A stretch of 38,458 bases of DNA from Nakamurella lactea (GTDB lineage: Bacteria; Actinomycetota; Actinomycetes; Mycobacteriales; Nakamurellaceae). A program made the position numbers and the translations under genes. The notes below the pieces were generated by a model, which made no database searches, had not been told where the DNA came from, and saw only the letters and a list, made by a program, of their open reading frames with translations. Location of the stretch: NCBI GenBank assembly GCA_044463405.1, contig JBIQML010000001.1:1-38458 (forward strand), given 5' to 3'. This document shows, in pieces, positions 35,413 through 38,458 of this stretch. Every line of letters starts with the position of its first letter. Within the stretch, counting starts at the first letter, position 1.

Positions 35413-36390
35413 CTAGAACAGGCCCTGACCGCTGACCGGGTCGGGGGACTCGAACAGGGCGCTGACCGACTCGCCGTCGTGGATGCGTCGCATGGCCTCG
35501 GCCAGCGCCGGCGCCACGGACAGCACGGTGAGCTTCTCGGTGCGCTCGGACTCCGGGATGGGCACCGTGTTCGTGCAGACGATCTCCGCCACCTCCGGCT
35601 GGGAGCCGATGCGCTTGATGGCGCCGTCGGCGAACAGTCCGTGGGTGCACGCCACCCGGATCTTGCGGACCCCCTGCTCGCGCAGCACCCGGATCAGCTC
35701 CAACGTGGTGCTGCCCTTGGCGATCTCGTCGTCCAGCACGATCACCTCCCGGCCGGCGACGTCACCGATGATCGAGCTGATCGACACCTGGTCGCCCGCG
35801 AAGCGCTCCTTGGCGCCCGCCGCCACCGGCACGCCCAGCATCCGGGCGAACGCCGACGCCGGCTTGGCGTTGCCGAGATCGGGGGACACCACCGTGGTGC
35901 TCTCCAGGTCGTCGCCGGTGGCGGCGAAGTGCGCGGCGAGCTCGCGCAGCGCGTGCAGGTGGTCCACCGGCACCGAGAAGAATCCGTGCACCTGCGGGGA
36001 GTGCATCGTCATGGCCAGCACCCTGCTGGCACCGGCGGTGACCATCAGGTCGGCCATCAGCCGGCCGCCGATGGAGATCCGGGGGGCGTCCTTCTTGTCC
36101 GATCGGGCGTAGGCGTAGTGCGGGAGCACCACCGTGGTGCGCGCCGCCGAGGCGCCGCGGGCCGCGTCCAGCATCAACAGCAGCTCGACCAGGTGCTCCT
36201 GCACCGGCCGGACCAGCGGCTGGATGAGAAACACGTCCCGTTCCCGGCAGTTGGCCTGCAGCTGCACCTCGAGGCAGTCGTTGGCGAAGCGCTGCAGCCG
36301 GACCGGGAGCAGCGGCACGCCCAGCTCGGAGCAGACCTCGGCCGACAGTTCGGGGTGGGCACTGCCGGAGAACACCGCGATGTCGCGCAC
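35413..36390 (-). CDS. prs: Ribose-phosphate pyrophosphokinase
   Basis: FSGSAHPEL, PHYAYARSDKKD, HSPQVHGFF, VVSPDLG, VLDDEIAKGST, ACTHGLF, CTNTVP. Confidence 0.92.
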   Translation of the reverse strand: MRDIAVFSGSAHPELSAEVCSELGVPLLPVRLQRFANDCLEVQLQANCRERDVFLIQPLVRPVQEHLVELLLMLDAARGASAARTTVVLPHYAYARSDKKDAPRISIGGRLMADLMVTAGASRVLAMTMHSPQVHGFFSVPVDHLHALRELAAHFAATGDDLESTTVVSPDLGNAKPASAFARMLGVPVAAGAKERFAGDQVSISSIIGDVAGREVIVLDDEIAKGSTTLELIRVLREQGVRKIRVACTHGLFADGAIKRIGSQPEVAEIVCTNTVPIPESERTEKLTVLSVAPALAEAMRRIHDGESVSALFESPDPVSGQGLF

Positions 36391-36554
36391 GGGACAAGGG
36401 TGCCACGGACGGCGGGCCGCCGCCGCTCCTGGGTCGCTCGATCACCGGTGGGGAGCGAACACTCGAGCGAACCCTCGGCGCTCGGTGCCGCCGGGGTCCC
36501 CTGCGCGCGGGAACGAATCGCTCCCCACCGGTGATCAATCCGTGGTGGTCGCCC

Positions 36555-37664
36555 TCACGGGGCCACGTAGTACGTGCTGCCTCCGCTGGTGACCCAGATC
36601 AGGTTCCTGGAGAGCCTCGGCGGGTTCGGCCCGTGCGTCCACACGCCGTAGAACTGATCGAAGATGATGTTCCGGGACACGACGGTGTGCACGTTCTGTG
36701 CCGGCCCGAGCGTGCTGACGACGACGCCCGCGGTGTTGTCGACCTCGGCGCCGGGCGGCGGGCCGTACAGCTGGTTGTTGGCGGACAGGATGTTCCGGTC
36801 GACCACCACGTTCCTGGTCTGCGAGCCGGGCGCTGCGGCGTGCACGATGACGCCGGCCTCGCCGGATCGGGTCACGACGTTGCGGGCGATGGTGATGTCG
36901 CGGACGGTGCTGCCCGGGCCGTTGCTCTGCGCGACGATCCCGCCGACGTCGGCGCCGACGCCCGGCTTGACGCCGGTACCGACGACGGTGTTACCGGTGA
37001 TGTCCACGTTCCGTGCGGTGTTGTCGGTGTTGAAGGCCGACACCACGATCGCGCAGCCGTTGTAGTTCGCCCACAGGATGTTCCGGGACACCGTGACGTC
37101 CCGCACCGGCACCGGCTGGTCCGGCGAGGTTCCGAGGCCGATGATGTGACCCGGGTCGAAGGGGCCGGTGTCCATCACGCCGATGCCGCCGCGGCCGTTG
37201 TTGTAGACGGTGTTGCCGGTGACGACGGCGCGCGACACCCCGAACAGGCTGATGCCGAACGCCTGCGGCAGCTCGCCGGGATTGCTCGAGTCGTGGGAGG
37301 CGGGCACCGTGGTGTGGAAGCCGTTACCGGTGACGACCGAGCGTCGCACGGTGACGTGCGAGGTGTTCTCCACCAGGATGCCGGCGGCGTTGGCACCGGT
37401 GACCCGCACCCGGCTGATGGTGACGTGGGACGCGGCGTCCGCGACGTAGATGCCCACGTCGCATCCGGCGGCGTCAATGGCGCGCCGGGAGATGATCTGG
37501 CCGGCGTGTGCCACCACCTTCGCGGTGAAACCGGATGTGCCGGCCTGACGGCATCCGGTGTCGGCGGCGGCGACCCCCGCGCCGGCCACCATCAGGCCGG
37601 CGACGAGAACCCCGCTGCCGGCGAGGATGCCCATCCGTTTGAGTGTTGATCTGATCATGCTCAT
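36555..37664 (-). CDS. Secreted right-handed parallel beta-helix repeat protein
   Basis: Signal peptide ending AGVAAA; repeated V.GN.V.NN..GGI.V units (VTGNTVYNNGRGGIGV, IARNVVTRSGEAGVIV). GAAGG RBS. Confidence 0.75.
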   Translation of the reverse strand: MSMIRSTLKRMGILAGSGVLVAGLMVAGAGVAAADTGCRQAGTSGFTAKVVAHAGQIISRRAIDAAGCDVGIYVADAASHVTISRVRVTGANAAGILVENTSHVTVRRSVVTGNGFHTTVPASHDSSNPGELPQAFGISLFGVSRAVVTGNTVYNNGRGGIGVMDTGPFDPGHIIGLGTSPDQPVPVRDVTVSRNILWANYNGCAIVVSAFNTDNTARNVDITGNTVVGTGVKPGVGADVGGIVAQSNGPGSTVRDITIARNVVTRSGEAGVIVHAAAPGSQTRNVVVDRNILSANNQLYGPPPGAEVDNTAGVVVSTLGPAQNVHTVVSRNIIFDQFYGVWTHGPNPPRLSRNLIWVTSGGSTYYVAP

Positions 37665-37710
37665 CGCCTTCGAGTCGGCGGCTCGGGCGCACGGGGATGA
37701 ACGCCCTGTA

Positions 37711-37732
37711 GTCACATTCACGTCACTCTCAC
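37711..37732. promoter_or_regulatory. 11-bp tandem direct repeat (GTCAC-n6-GTCAC), OmpR-family (MtrA/GlnR-like) box candidate
   Basis: GTCACATTCAC GTCACTCTCAC lies about 50-70 bp upstream of the beta-helix gene. Confidence 0.4.
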
Positions 37733-37846
37733 GCTTCGTTCGCGTCAAGGGACCGATCGGGCGATGCCGACGGCGCGGCGGGGCCCTCCGGATGACGATC
37801 CGACATCCCCACTCGGATCGGACGGGTGGGCCCGCGGGGCCGGTGG

Positions 37847-38458
37847 TCAGTCGCTGCCGCCGTCCAGGTGCCCCTTGGCGAGGTTCGGCGGCATCGGCTC
37901 GTAGCCGTGCGGGGCGCGGCTGAACACCCCGGTGCCGCGCGAGATCGAGCGCAGATCGATGGCGTAGCGCAGGATCTCGGTGGCCGGGATCTCGGCGTGG
38001 ATCACCGTGCGGCCGTCCTCGGCCGGTTCGGTGCCGTTCACCCGGACCCGGCGGGTCTGCAGGTCGCCGAGCACCGCACCGACGAACTCGTCGTCGACCG
38101 TCACCTCGATCTTGTCGATGGGTTCCAGCAGTGCGACCGTCTTCGTCGAGGCGGCGTCCCGCAGCGCCAGCGCTCCCGCGGTCTGGAACGCCATGTCGGA
38201 GGAGTCCACCGAGTGCGCCTTGCCGTCGAACAGCGTCACCCGCACGTCCACCATCGGGAAGCCCGCCAGGACGCCCTTGTCCAGTTGCGCCCGGACACCC
38301 TTCTCCACGCTGGGGATGAACTGCCGGGGCACCGCGCCTCCCACCACCTTGTCCACGAACTCGAAGCCGGCGCCGCGCGGCAGCGGCTCGACGGTGATGT
38401 CGCAGACCGCGTACTGGCCGTGCCCGCCGCTCTGCTTGACGTGCCGGCCGTGCCCGTT
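37847..38458 (-). CDS. Elongation factor G-like protein (EF-G2 type), domains IV-V (5' part outside window)
   Basis: GHGRHVKQSGGHGQYA, VVGGAVPRQFIPSVEKG, FDGKAHSVDSSDMAFQTAG, LLEPI, YAIDLRSISRGTG. No tuf downstream, so unlikely to be the str-operon fusA. Confidence 0.88.
   Translation of the reverse strand, partial: NGHGRHVKQSGGHGQYAVCDITVEPLPRGAGFEFVDKVVGGAVPRQFIPSVEKGVRAQLDKGVLAGFPMVDVRVTLFDGKAHSVDSSDMAFQTAGALALRDAASTKTVALLEPIDKIEVTVDDEFVGAVLGDLQTRRVRVNGTEPAEDGRTVIHAEIPATEILRYAIDLRSISRGTGVFSRAPHGYEPMPPNLAKGHLDGGSD

Noticed and set aside
1-38458. CRISPR array, tRNA/rRNA, IS or integrase
   Set aside because: No regularly spaced repeat-spacer units, RNA gene signatures or transposase/recombinase motifs were seen.

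Overview
A high-GC actinobacterial chromosomal window with no rRNA, tRNA, CRISPR array or transposase recognised. The left part holds an odd nuoF-nuoG-nuoI run lacking nuoH and nuoJ-N. It is followed by an orphan TA-associated small protein and a divergent PrpD + ComA/HSA32-like // FAD reductase + ModA-like cluster. The middle holds two tandem secreted GH35 beta-galactosidases, an acyl-CoA oxidase, a lipoprotein + secreted protein pair with a low-GC core, tdk, a GDPD, a Zn-finger protein and a VOC protein. The best candidate for an undescribed system is a tightly coupled four-gene operon at 26113-31356: a BMP nucleoside-binding lipoprotein, two divergent SAH-hydrolase paralogues with different active-site substitutions, and an MtaD/DadD-type deaminase. 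It lies on the opposite strand between a NarL-type sensor kinase and its response regulator, which look as if they once overlapped. The right end carries HtrA, a metallophosphoesterase, prs, a secreted beta-helix protein and the 3' end of an EF-G-like gene. All calls come from reading motifs by eye; no searches were run.
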